Positions 21,740-30,891 of a stretch of DNA of 64,000 nucleotides are shown piece after piece. The position numbers and the translations under genes were made by a program. Source of the DNA: a virus. Its lineage: Duplodnaviria > Heunggongvirae > Uroviricota > Caudoviricetes. Positions within the stretch are counted from its first letter, which is position 1. Each line of letters opens with the position of its first letter. The notes beneath the pieces were generated by a model. That model saw only the letters and a program-made list of their open reading frames with translations. It did not search any database and was not told where the DNA came from. The stretch lies in IMG/VR virus record IMGVR_UViG_3300042901_002340; one strand, written 5' to 3'.

Positions 21740-22546
21740 CTAATTTCTTCTTGCAGTAAGAACTTTATTGTAGTCCATTCTTATCTTGTTAGCTGACAGA
21801 ATATCTTTTATCTGTTTGTCACTTTCATCATACCATTTTTTATATTCAGAATCTGACGATAGTGGATCATAGTTCATCTTGTATGGTTGATCGTCGACAT
21901 CTATCGGCTCTTTTCTATCATATTCCTTATAATCAACTATTAGATCTATCGTAGAGTTTCCTGTTTTCTCTAGCCATGCCTTATAGAATTGGCCAAAATC
22001 TCTAATTCCAGTCACGAGATCAACGCATCCAATTGAACCAGGTAAGCTTCCGCCGTGCATGAAAAATCCACTTCTGCCAAATGTATTGGTTCCTTTCTGT
22101 GGAATTAGTGAGAATCTAAAATTACCCCAAGCTATTCTGGATGGATCTGTTATCTCCTTGAAATCATCAGTGCTCAGTGTGACATCATTATTAGGTAGGA
22201 GAAGAACTGTCTGTTTAGCTAATGTGAGCTTTACGAAATTATCATCGTTCCTCCACCTGGCGTTAAGATCCCTTTCCTCAGTAGGCCCTAGTTTATATGT
22301 ACCCTGAGGAATTGGTCCTTCCGCTTTTACTTTGGACCATTCAACAGGTGACGTGTTATATCTCTTTTTCCAAGATTCTGGTTTAGTGTACCATTGATAA
22401 TATGTTCTCCCGGAGCACGCTCGCCATGATCTTACCACACTTCCATTCTCCACAAAATCTAGCGTGTTGCCATTGAATAGAAGATGTGCATCGCTTTTTG
22501 ACTCTGCCTCGTTGATAAAGCCGGTAAAGTTTAGAATATTTTGCAT
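21740..22546 (-). CDS. DUF2778/Tlde1-like L,D-transpeptidase-fold protein
   Basis: GPIPQGTY and [10 protein letters not shown]...GSIGC (His...Cys catalytic motif). Confidence 0.7.
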   Translation of the reverse strand: MQNILNFTGFINEAESKSDAHLLFNGNTLDFVENGSVVRSWRACSGRTYYQWYTKPESWKKRYNTSPVEWSKVKAEGPIPQGTYKLGPTEERDLNARWRNDDNFVKLTLAKQTVLLLPNNDVTLSTDDFKEITDPSRIAWGNFRFSLIPQKGTNTFGRSGFFMHGGSLPGSIGCVDLVTGIRDFGQFYKAWLEKTGNSTIDLIVDYKEYDRKEPIDVDDQPYKMNYDPLSSDSEYKKWYDESDKQIKDILSANKIRMDYNKVLTARRN

Positions 22547-22669
22547 TTATAAGTTTGTTTATAATTGAATACGACAAACTATATATTCGAAAAGTTAATA
22601 GCTATTTGGGGGATATAAACAAAAAAGCCCAGATATTAATACCTGGGCTTTTTTTAACTATCAAGAACG

Positions 22670-22999
22670 TTATTTCTGTTTTTTAAGAATAGCTGCTTGT
22701 AAGGCTTTTGGTAAGGTTTTTTGTTTAGCACTTAGACCTTTTTTTGGTGTTTTTGTTTTTTCACCATCATTTTCTTTTTTATCTGCTGCCGCTTTTTTCA
22801 TTGTCTCTTCCTTGTCTCCGTCCTTATCGAGATCTAAAAAATCAGGCTTTGCTTTGCTTTTTGATTTATCACCAGATTTAGCTTCTCTTTTAGCTTTCTG
22901 TTTATCTAAATAAGCTCTGAATCCTGCATTCATTTTTTCTGATACCTCATTTCCAAATTCCTCATTAATGAAGCTCTCGAAAGTTTCTATATTTTTCAT
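22670..22999 (-). CDS. Lys-rich putative internal head protein
   Basis: MKNIETFESFINE N-terminus; KPDFLDLDKDGDKEE motif. Confidence 0.55.
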   Translation of the reverse strand: MKNIETFESFINEEFGNEVSEKMNAGFRAYLDKQKAKREAKSGDKSKSKAKPDFLDLDKDGDKEETMKKAAADKKENDGEKTKTPKKGLSAKQKTLPKALQAAILKKQK

Positions 23000-23111
23000 A
23001 TCGAATTTTTTATTTATAGTATATATCTGAGAGGTTGAAACTATTTTCACTGGAAACAAAAAAGCCATGACATCTGATGAAGTCATGGCTTGTAGTAGCG
23101 TAGCCCGGTAA

Positions 23112-23636
23112 TTATATTTTTATAAGTCCAGAATCGAATTCCCAGTGGTGATTGGGACACAGGGCCATTAAATTTTCTGAACTGTTTATTTCTGATATTT
23201 TTGCATCATCAGGAAAGGATGATACTGATTTTATATGTGCTATATCAATATGTGTATCATATTGGCAAACTTTGCATTCCTTTGGTGATCCTGATCTAAA
23301 AAAAACTCTTCTTGCATGTTTACATATTGTGCTTCTTGCACTTTGATATGATTTATATCTTTTAAATACCTCGCTCTTAGTCATATTTAATATAATATTT
23401 ACTGCTGGTATTTTTTCGGGCTTGTGTTTTTTTCTATCTTTATTATAATTTATTTGACATAATTTACCACAGAATTTTTTTTTCTTGGTTATTGATATTT
23501 TTTCATTATCCCTTAATTCTATTATATTGTTGCACTTAGCACATATTTTTGGATTATTGTAATATTCAGCTCTTGCTTTCTCCTTGAATATTATAGCTGT
23601 AGCCTTTCCGCCCGCGGAGTTAGGATGATTTTTCAT
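23112..23636 (-). CDS. HNH endonuclease
   Basis: CKVC...IAHIK...NLMALCPNHHWEFD. Confidence 0.8.
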   Translation of the reverse strand: MKNHPNSAGGKATAIIFKEKARAEYYNNPKICAKCNNIIELRDNEKISITKKKKFCGKLCQINYNKDRKKHKPEKIPAVNIILNMTKSEVFKRYKSYQSARSTICKHARRVFFRSGSPKECKVCQYDTHIDIAHIKSVSSFPDDAKISEINSSENLMALCPNHHWEFDSGLIKI

Positions 23637-23721
23637 TTTAATGTATGAATATATTTTTTGTATGTTATATATCCCGCGGCCATAAAAAAGTCCGATATTG
23701 TGGATATCGGACTTTTCTTAG

Positions 23722-23791
23722 TAGCGTAACGTGGACTCGAACCACCCCCCAAGCTTATGAGACTTAGATGCAACCTTTACACTTTAACGCA
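23722..23791 (-). tRNA. tRNA-Met(CAT), initiator-like
   Basis: Cloverleaf, loop CT-CAT-AA, 1:72 mismatch; some stems imperfect. Confidence 0.65.
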
Positions 23792-23794
23792 ATT

Positions 23795-23886
23795 TGCTGA
23801 TTAATGAAGATTCGAACTTCAATCCTGTTTCCCCTTTCGCCTCCACGGCTACTCCGTTCTACTGTGCACCTTTACACCATAACCAA
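23795..23886 (-). ncRNA. tRNA-like RNA with aberrant anticodon region
   Basis: Acceptor TTGGTTA/TAATCAG, D-arm, T-arm TGAAG-TTCGAAT-CTTCA; no canonical anticodon arm. Confidence 0.45.
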
Positions 23887-23935
23887 TCGACAGTTTCGAA
23901 CCTGTCATACTTTGAGTAATTAATTCAAAGCTTTG

Positions 23936-24061
23936 TGGGGAAGGGTGGATTCGAACCACCTATTATAACATATGAAATTAATTTTATCCTTCGAAGTAAC
24001 TCAAAATCTTACTACTTATCAAAGAGAACATTGATCAGAGTGTCTTTTTTGTTGCTTCCCC
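23936..24061 (-). ncRNA. Y-RNA-like family member with tRNA ends outside
   Basis: Acceptor GGGGAAG/CTTCCCC and a T-arm enclose the same stem motifs as 32296-32740, in swapped order. Confidence 0.5.
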
Positions 24062-24149
24062 AATTTATTTAAAACCGATATGCTTCATTGCAATTTAATT
24101 TCATGCTAATTTGAAACTTGCAGGGATTTCTCCACTCTTTCAGTTTTAG

Positions 24150-24226
24150 TGGCGGTCCCAGGGGGACTCGAACCCCCGACCTCCGCCGTGACAGGGCGGC
24201 GTTGTAACCAACTCTACTATGAGACC
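24150..24226 (-). tRNA. tRNA-Asp(GTC)
   Basis: Cloverleaf ending in GCCA. Confidence 0.92.
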
Positions 24227-24447
24227 AAATATCCACTGATGAGATAATTCAGTGTGGATGTATCGGTTTTCTTGCTTTCAATAAACCTGCTGGTCTTACC
24301 CGGTGAAATTAGTCAAACTACTGGGAGGCTCTGTTACCTACCTTTTATTTCCCATGAGACCGGCGTTAAGGCTGTCCGGTCCAATAGCCAATCTATTGTT
24401 AAATGAGTCTTAGATCAAAGACTGATGGATATCTCTTATCCATTTAG

Positions 24448-24519
24448 TACTCCCACCGGGAGTCGAACCCGACTTTCCAGGATGAAAACCTGACGTCCTA
24501 ACCGATAGACGATGGGAGC
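24448..24519 (-). tRNA. tRNA-Glu(TTC)
   Basis: Cloverleaf, loop TT-TTC-AT. Confidence 0.9.
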
Positions 24520-24788
24520 GGTTAAGAAATAATGATGGAGTACCCGTCTCGCTCCATTCTTAAGTGCTTCTTCAGTTTTACTGTGCACAGGCACATTCCT
24601 TTGCAGGGGGTGTTGAATTTCTTAATCTACACATGGTTGTCGACACCGATGAGCAGGAAACCCCATTATTTCTATTTGTATATTTTATTGCCAGTTCTTG
24701 ATGCTTCTCTATATTTAGATAAGCTGTTCTATTGTTTCTGCAAGTCTACTCGCTATAAATAGCGGACTGTTTGGAATAAAATAAATTG

Positions 24789-24862
24789 TGGTCCCTGTAG
24801 GGCTTGAACCTACGACCCCCTGATTATGAGTCAGGTGCTCTAACCAACTGAGCTAAGAGACC
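24789..24862 (-). tRNA. tRNA(CAT), probably Ile2 (lysidine type)
   Basis: Cloverleaf, loop CT-CAT-AA; Ile2-like acceptor GGTCTCT/AGGGACC-A. Ile versus Met assignment is inferred. Confidence 0.8.
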
Positions 24863-25210
24863 GTTATTAAAAAAAAGAAATATCCAAACCACTTTCACAT
24901 CCCTTTACTCTTTGGTTTACCAGTCTTGCGTGACTGTGCTGGTCTAATCTCATTTCTGATATTAGAACGGTCTATTGCGTCAGGGTATGGCAACCAATAG
25001 ACTTGGACCTCTCCAAAAATATTTCTTTTAATTCTTTATGTTAATGAACGTTATTTTGTTTATTATTATATTGCAAAAGTATGATATTCTTTCGGGATAA
25101 AAAAATTATTTTTGATATTTTTTTGAATCTTTATTGTCTTATGATCCTTAATAATTACATTGCAAATTTATGAATTATTTTTGAAATAAAAAAATATTTT
25201 TTGATATTTT

Positions 25211-25873
25211 TTACTTCTTTTTTATTCTTCCTCTTTTCCATCCCTCTTCAATTGCTGTGCTGCTATTAATCTTTTTTTCAGTTAAGCAATTATTTACCCA
25301 AATTGTACCGAATTGTGAATTTTTTTCTCCTGTTTGTGATATGGAACTCTTTGCCCCTATCTCGTCTTTGGTTTTTTGTGTGTGATTTTTGTTTTTAAAA
25401 CTATTTATAAAGTTAATATTCCCACCATTCTCGGATCTTATTTTACCTATGATTGATCTTTTTTCTGATAATTTTTTTACCCATTCCTTATCATTTTCTC
25501 TTAGGAATTTCAATCTTGCATTACCTCTTTTGCTCAACTCCCTTTGCATCTCATTTGACCATTCGTTTACTCCTTCCGTAATTCCACCGGTTCCACCAAG
25601 GAGCAGATTCATGCACATGGGATCTTTTAATAGATCCTCGTTAACCAATTCTACCTCCCTTTCTATCAGGGATATTCCATCGTCAAGATATTCCAAAATT
25701 TCTTTATCGTGTGAATCCTTACCGTGCTTTCTTATGGAATTTCTTAGTCTTTTACCACTTCCAAAATACCCATCGTCTATATTATCAGTGGAGTGCATAC
25801 CTATATAATATTTACCATTCTTTGTGTTGGTTATCTTATAGATGTAATGAAACTTCTTTTCTTTTCTTGCCAT
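25211..25873 (-). CDS. GIY-YIG (Seg-like) homing endonuclease with NUMOD3-like repeat
   Basis: YIYKITN...YYIGMH...GYFGSG; KNHTQKTK; GEKNSQFG. Confidence 0.85.
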   Translation of the reverse strand: MARKEKKFHYIYKITNTKNGKYYIGMHSTDNIDDGYFGSGKRLRNSIRKHGKDSHDKEILEYLDDGISLIEREVELVNEDLLKDPMCMNLLLGGTGGITEGVNEWSNEMQRELSKRGNARLKFLRENDKEWVKKLSEKRSIIGKIRSENGGNINFINSFKNKNHTQKTKDEIGAKSSISQTGEKNSQFGTIWVNNCLTEKKINSSTAIEEGWKRGRIKKK

Positions 25874-25926
25874 TTCTATACTTTAATTTAGATTATATAT
25901 CCAAATTAAAGTACGAAAGAGCGCCG

Positions 25927-26012
25927 CGGAGATGAGAGGATTCGAACCTCCGCGGCGAATGAACGCCGAACGGTTTAGCAAACCGCTGCAGTACCACTAT
26001 GCTTACATCTCC
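25927..26012 (-). tRNA. tRNA-Ser(GCT)
   Basis: Cloverleaf with long variable arm, G73. Confidence 0.9.
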
Positions 26013-26067
26013 GAATACAAGCCCAGAAAATTGCGCATGCTGAGCAGAGGCGTTCTGGGAATTGTTG

Positions 26068-26154
26068 TACCCCGAGCCGGAGTCGAACCGGCACGCTCCT
26101 TTCGGAACACCAGAGTTTAAGTCTGGGGCGTCTAACCTGTTTCGCCATCGGGGC
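26068..26154 (-). tRNA. tRNA-Leu(TAA)
   Basis: Cloverleaf with long variable arm. Confidence 0.9.
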
Positions 26155-26164
26155 ATTATTTTTT

Positions 26165-26851
26165 CTAGAAATATTTCATTTTCATTCCTAATTTCCAACC
26201 TATGGAAACGTAGTATTCAATATCTTCTTTTTGTATTCTAATATTTTTTTCGTATTCTGTATTATAAACCCAGCATTTTCCATACTGTGAATTTTTTTCT
26301 CCCTTTTGATTTATTGAATTTTTATTACCGATTGTTTTTTTTGCCTCCTCTGTATGGGATCTGTTCAAAAATGCAACCGCTGCTGATTTTTTTAATTTTT
26401 CAGATTTTTCCGGATCTCCCCACATTTTTCTGGAATTTTCTGACATAGTAATACTCATTTGCATCTTTCTTCTTTTTGAATATTCCTGATCATTTTCCAT
26501 CAGCCATTTTTGTCTTTCTCTTGATCTTCTTCCTAGCTCTATTTGAATTTCTAAAGACCATCCTCCACCTCCACCAGGTTGCAAATTCATGCACATCGGA
26601 TCATTTAATAGATCCTCGTTAACCAATTCAATTTCTCTATTTCTTAAAGATTCACGGTCTTCGAAATATTCTAGAATTTCCTTCTCATGTACTTCTAAAC
26701 CATGTTTTCTTATGGAATTTCTTATTCTTTTTCCACCCCCCATATAACCATCATCTAGATTATGAGTAGAGTGCATACCTATATAATATTTACCATTCTT
26801 TGTATTGGTTATCTTATAGATATAATGGAACTTTTTTTCTTTTCTTGCCAT
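26165..26851 (-). CDS. GIY-YIG (Seg-like) homing endonuclease
   Basis: Paralogue of 25211-25873; identical first ~29 aa. Confidence 0.85.
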   Translation of the reverse strand: MARKEKKFHYIYKITNTKNGKYYIGMHSTHNLDDGYMGGGKRIRNSIRKHGLEVHEKEILEYFEDRESLRNREIELVNEDLLNDPMCMNLQPGGGGGWSLEIQIELGRRSRERQKWLMENDQEYSKRRKMQMSITMSENSRKMWGDPEKSEKLKKSAAVAFLNRSHTEEAKKTIGNKNSINQKGEKNSQYGKCWVYNTEYEKNIRIQKEDIEYYVSIGWKLGMKMKYF

Positions 26852-26904
26852 TTCTATACTTTAGTTTATCTTATATATCTAAACTAAAGTACGAAATCGC
26901 GCCT

Positions 26905-26980
26905 GGGTGAATGACGGGAATCGAACCCGCGACCTTTGGTACCACAAACCAACGCTCTAACCGACTGAGCTACATCCACC
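26905..26980 (-). tRNA. tRNA-His(GTG)
   Basis: Encoded G-1, C73, loop TT-GTG-GT. Confidence 0.9.
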
Positions 26981-27035
26981 ATGTTACGATCTATAAGGCC
27001 AGATCGTCAGCCAGTGCCTTCTCCCTGGGGAGATG

Positions 27036-27314
27036 CTATTTATTGTCTCTATTTTTTCCTAGATGGTAACCATCACAGAAGATGCATTTATAAACACTAA
27101 AGTATTTTCCATGTTTTCTCTGCATTGCGTCTGCTGCTTTTCTGCCTGATTCCTTTGTTGGAAATCCTTGCTTTGCCTTGCCGTCCATTTTATAATGACT
27201 TCTCTTATCGAATAAACCTAAAGCGTTACCTGTTATGAAAAAATTTCGAAATGCTCTTTTTAATGGAAGCTGATCCTTTAGACCAAGTATCACATTTCTT
27301 AATTTAATTTTCAT
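27036..27314 (-). CDS. Hypothetical basic protein with YKCxxCxxYH motif
   Basis: ORF track. Confidence 0.6.
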   Translation of the reverse strand: MKIKLRNVILGLKDQLPLKRAFRNFFITGNALGLFDKRSHYKMDGKAKQGFPTKESGRKAADAMQRKHGKYFSVYKCIFCDGYHLGKNRDNK

Positions 27315-27750
27315 TTTTTCCTGTCTTATTAAATTCCTCTTCTGTTACTTTTTTAATTGGTGTAAATAAAGCGAATCCATCATCGTCTTCGAAGTGATTG
27401 CATTTATCCATGAAATAATTTCCCATTTTAAATCTCCAATACTCGAAGACATTCATAGCGTCGTTCCATTTGCCAATTTTTGCTCTTCTATGATCTCCAA
27501 GATAGAAAGCTCCATCTTCAAGTTTAGCTTTTGCAATTGCTCCAGCTTCGATAAGCCTTGGTATATAATATTCCTTATACTCTTTCTCACCGACTCTTGG
27601 TATTTCAGGTACATCCTGGGGTGTTTTAAAAGGTTTAAGATTGTCCCATCTTTTTCTTCTAAGCTCCTCAAAATTTCTTCGATCAATTTCCCTTTTTTCC
27701 TCAAGGAACTTTCTGATCTGTTCGATTTTTTGTTTTTTGTCTTGTTCCAT
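27304..27750 (-). CDS. Hypothetical protein
   Basis: ORF track; overlaps the next gene. Confidence 0.65.
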   Translation of the reverse strand: MEQDKKQKIEQIRKFLEEKREIDRRNFEELRRKRWDNLKPFKTPQDVPEIPRVGEKEYKEYYIPRLIEAGAIAKAKLEDGAFYLGDHRRAKIGKWNDAMNVFEYWRFKMGNYFMDKCNHFEDDDGFALFTPIKKVTEEEFNKTGKNEN

Positions 27751-27769
27751 GATTACTAATTTTTATTAG

Positions 27770-27852
27770 AGGTGCCTGTCAGATTCGAACTGACGTGAGA
27801 TTTCTCTAGCGGTTTTGCAGACCGCCCCTTTCAGCCACTCAGGCAAGGCACC
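27770..27852 (-). tRNA. tRNA-Cys(GCA) with long variable arm
   Basis: Loop CT-GCA-AA, U73, variable hairpin GAGA-AA-TCTC. Confidence 0.85.
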
Positions 27853-27857
27853 GTGAT

Positions 27858-28517
27858 TTATTTCCTTCTATATTTCCTTCCATTCCCTTTATTACCTCCC
27901 TTATATGTTGGTAATTGTGCATCGCAATTTGGACATATTAATCTAAAATTGCTTTCGAGATTATTTTCTGAATTGCCATCGATATGATCTAATGTTATTG
28001 GTATTTTTTTACCATTCCATTCCATATTTTTGCAAATTTCACATTTATGGCCTCTCTCTAATATAAGTAATCTTTTTATTGTGCTTCTATTTGTATCCTT
28101 TAGTTCACCATTTTTGATCTTTTCTAATTGTACTTTATTATAATGATTTCTATAGCATACATCGTTACAAAAAACTGTTCTTTTATCCAGTTCTTTATTG
28201 CAATTTTTACATATCTTTTTTTTAGATGTTCTTTTTACCGCCCATCTATCAACCCCAGAATTGGCGCAAGTTATCGAGCAAAATTTTCTAGCAGCTTCTT
28301 TTTTTGTTGTACCTACAGTGAATTCTTTTTTACAGTTTTCACATATTATTTTATTGACTCTAAGATGTGTATAATCTTCCTGTTTTATTTTATATTTTTT
28401 GTATAAATGCTGTTTTACTGCTGAATATGTTTTGTTAAATAGTAAGGATATTTCATTGTAAGTCTTTCCTTCAATTAGCATTTTACTAGCTGCCTCTGAT
28501 TCATTTTGTGTCCACAT
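27858..28517 (-). CDS. HNH endonuclease with Zn-finger repeats
   Basis: LDHIDGN...NFRLICPNCD. Confidence 0.85.
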   Translation of the reverse strand: MWTQNESEAASKMLIEGKTYNEISLLFNKTYSAVKQHLYKKYKIKQEDYTHLRVNKIICENCKKEFTVGTTKKEAARKFCSITCANSGVDRWAVKRTSKKKICKNCNKELDKRTVFCNDVCYRNHYNKVQLEKIKNGELKDTNRSTIKRLLILERGHKCEICKNMEWNGKKIPITLDHIDGNSENNLESNFRLICPNCDAQLPTYKGGNKGNGRKYRRK

Positions 28518-28566
28518 ATATAAATGTTTTATTCGTATATATCCAAAAATGGATTTCGAATATTAG

Positions 28567-28649
28567 ATCCGGGTGTCGGATTCGAACCGACGTCGACTTT
28601 CGTCTCCTGATTACAAATCAGGTGCAATGGACCGCTATGCGAACCCGGA
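28567..28649 (-). tRNA. tRNA-Thr(TGT) with long variable arm
   Basis: CCTGA-TTTGTAA-TCAGG anticodon arm; variable hairpin GAC-GAAA-GTC. Confidence 0.8.
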
Positions 28650-28657
28650 ATATTTTG

Positions 28658-28743
28658 AGGAGAGAGGGAGGATCGAACTCCATGCAGTTACCCGCACCCG
28701 ATGCTTTCCAGGCATGGCCTATCACCGTTTAGGATCACTCTCC
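28658..28743 (-). tRNA. tRNA-Ser(GGA)
   Basis: Loop CT-GGA-AA, long variable arm, U73. Confidence 0.8.
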
Positions 28744-28857
28744 ATTGAGGGTTGACATATAGAATCTTTCCCAGTTTCTGCGGTATAGGTACCATCATGG
28801 GCTCCGTTAATTAATTCGTCTTTATAACCCCATACGGAACAAGCGGGGTAACCTAAG

Positions 28858-28945
28858 CGGAGAGGGTGGGATTCGAACCCACGGGAGTAATGAGCTCACA
28901 CTAGATTTCAAGTCTAGGCGCTTTTGACCACTTGCGCACCTCTCC
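28858..28945 (-). tRNA. tRNA-Ser(TGA)
   Basis: Loop CT-TGA-AA, long variable arm, G73. Confidence 0.9.
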
Positions 28946-28975
28946 AATTTACTTTTACAATATTTCAATGAACAA

Positions 28976-29008
28976 TAAAAAAGGCCTCCTTTTCGAGGAG
29001 ACCTTTTT
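28976..29008 (-). terminator. Attenuator terminator 1
   Basis: AAAAAGGTCTCCT-CGAAA-AGGAGGCCTTTTTT. Confidence 0.8.
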
Positions 29009-29031
29009 GATATTTATTATGTTACCTAATA

Positions 29032-29124
29032 TCAATACTCTCTCCTCATCACAATAGACGATTCACAAGTTGAACTTGTGTGATCTAAATGTAATGTATC
29101 TAATATGTACTGTATTTGTGACAT
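29032..29124 (-). CDS. Leader peptide 1 (30 aa) MSQIQYILDTLHLDHTSSTCESSIVMRREY
   Basis: Manual translation; lies between promoter motifs and the terminator; its 3' end is complementary to the terminator 5' arm. Confidence 0.75.
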   Translation of the reverse strand: MSQIQYILDTLHLDHTSSTCESSIVMRREY

Positions 29125-29281
29125 GATTTTTATTTTTATAGATTTATATATCTAATTGATTTTAATATTTTATGCAAATTTAAGGAAATGTTTCGAATAA
29201 AAAAAATTATTTTTGATTTTTTTCAAAATTTATTTAAAAAAAGTCACTCTTGCGAGTGACTTTTCATTTTTTTGTGATTTA

Positions 29282-30862
29282 TTAGATCACAATGGCTTCG
29301 ATTTCTCTCAAAATTGCTTTTGGATCAACCTCAGCTTTTTTGATCATCTCGTAGATATCAGCAGAGTAACCAAAAAGTTGAACTAATTTGTTACCTGGTT
29401 TGAACATGGTTGTACCATATCCTTGAATATCCACCGTGTAGATGAACGGCTCACCGTGTTTAGATTTGTAAGATTGGAAAGAACTGTTTGTAACGATTCT
29501 ATCACCACCTTGTAAATCCGATATGATGAAGACGCGGTCATATTTACCGCTTGATTGTAAAGTTGAGAAGATTGAACCGAAGTCCGTACCGTGTCCAACC
29601 CTACCTTGTAAGCTTAAACATGTGTTTTTGATAGTGTTTATGCTATCACCTGGATTGTATCTAATATCCTCAGTTGTTGTTGCAAATTGATATAAATCAG
29701 CACCAATACCTTTTGCTAGGGTTGCTCCGATAAGAGCAGCTTTATCGATACAGTGTTTATTGATAGCTTTACCATTCATTTTAACACCTTGACCCATTCC
29801 GTGCATAGATCCTGACGTATCTATAACAACAGCAGTTCTACCATGTGAGAATAATTCAACCAAGTTTGGTATTGCTAACTCGTAAGCTTTATTTAAAGCA
29901 GTAACGAATGGTCTAGATGCAGAAGCACTAGTTTCTTGTAAAAGAATCTCCAAAGCAATATCTATTTGGTGTGGGAAAACCAATGATTTTCTGATTAATT
30001 TCTCATCGATTAAAAGCTCACATGCTCCACTAACTAATTCAGAGTTTGCGCTTGTGTTGATGATGTTTCTTAAGTTACGAAGCAATGCCAAGTAACCAAT
30101 TTTTCTTGTTTTAATCAATTCAGCATAGTTGCTTTCTTTAGCCTGTGTTAATTCAACTTCAGCTTGAGCCTTGGTGATTTCCCCAGATTTAACTTTTGCA
30201 GCAACATCTTGTCCAGCTTTTGAGTTTTTATCCTCAACTGTATTGAACTGTTTTAATTTACCGGTCATAAGATCTTTAAAAACACCTTCCATTTGTGTGG
30301 TTGCTGGTTTTGGACGAACCAAGTTAACAACATCCACAAGAGAAACTGATTTTCCTTTACCTTGATATTTAGCTAATTCGTAGGTATCTGCTGATTCCAA
30401 AGCTGCTTTAAAACCTTTCTTCATTGAGTTAGGTAATGGTTTACCTGGATTGAAGTGTTGGTAAGCTGCAATGATCTCTAATACGTCATCTAAACGGTTT
30501 ACAATACCCCCGGTTTTAGCATTCTTATCTCTTTTTGAGAAGAATCTTTTACCTATGGCTGAACCAGATAAATGTTTAACTAATGACACAGATCCAAAGT
30601 GTGTTACAGATCTTTGTCCAACAACTGTTCTCGCGTACACGAGCGCTTTCGCGACGAATTCAATATCTTTTTTAGATAATTCGTCGATGAGTTGAATGAG
30701 TCTATTCTCTCTATCTGATAATTTTTCGTAGTATGAATTGTCTAATCCAGTGGTAAGAATTGCAATTAATTCCAATTTTGGATCATACTTCACACCAGTA
30801 CCACCTTGGTGGTTTGTAACTGTCTCTACAGTTCTTTTTACTTTTTGGTTGTAACGTGACAT
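29282..30862 (-). CDS. rsr: TROVE-domain/Ro60 (Rsr) RNA-binding protein
   Basis: TNHQGG start, AKYQ, YLALLRNLRNI, vWA MIDAS motif IDTSGSM, RVFIISD. Confidence 0.88.
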   Translation of the reverse strand: MSRYNQKVKRTVETVTNHQGGTGVKYDPKLELIAILTTGLDNSYYEKLSDRENRLIQLIDELSKKDIEFVAKALVYARTVVGQRSVTHFGSVSLVKHLSGSAIGKRFFSKRDKNAKTGGIVNRLDDVLEIIAAYQHFNPGKPLPNSMKKGFKAALESADTYELAKYQGKGKSVSLVDVVNLVRPKPATTQMEGVFKDLMTGKLKQFNTVEDKNSKAGQDVAAKVKSGEITKAQAEVELTQAKESNYAELIKTRKIGYLALLRNLRNIINTSANSELVSGACELLIDEKLIRKSLVFPHQIDIALEILLQETSASASRPFVTALNKAYELAIPNLVELFSHGRTAVVIDTSGSMHGMGQGVKMNGKAINKHCIDKAALIGATLAKGIGADLYQFATTTEDIRYNPGDSINTIKNTCLSLQGRVGHGTDFGSIFSTLQSSGKYDRVFIISDLQGGDRIVTNSSFQSYKSKHGEPFIYTVDIQGYGTTMFKPGNKLVQLFGYSADIYEMIKKAEVDPKAILREIEAIVI

Positions 30863-30891
30863 GATTATAATTGTTTATTCGTTTATATTAT

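Noticed and set aside
25893-26198. ORFs overlapping tRNA genes (also 28508-28755, 39307-39495)
   Set aside because: They coincide with clear tRNA cloverleaves.
28747-28856. ncRNA between the two Ser tRNAs
   Set aside because: Only weak, imperfect pairing could be seen by eye; not enough support.
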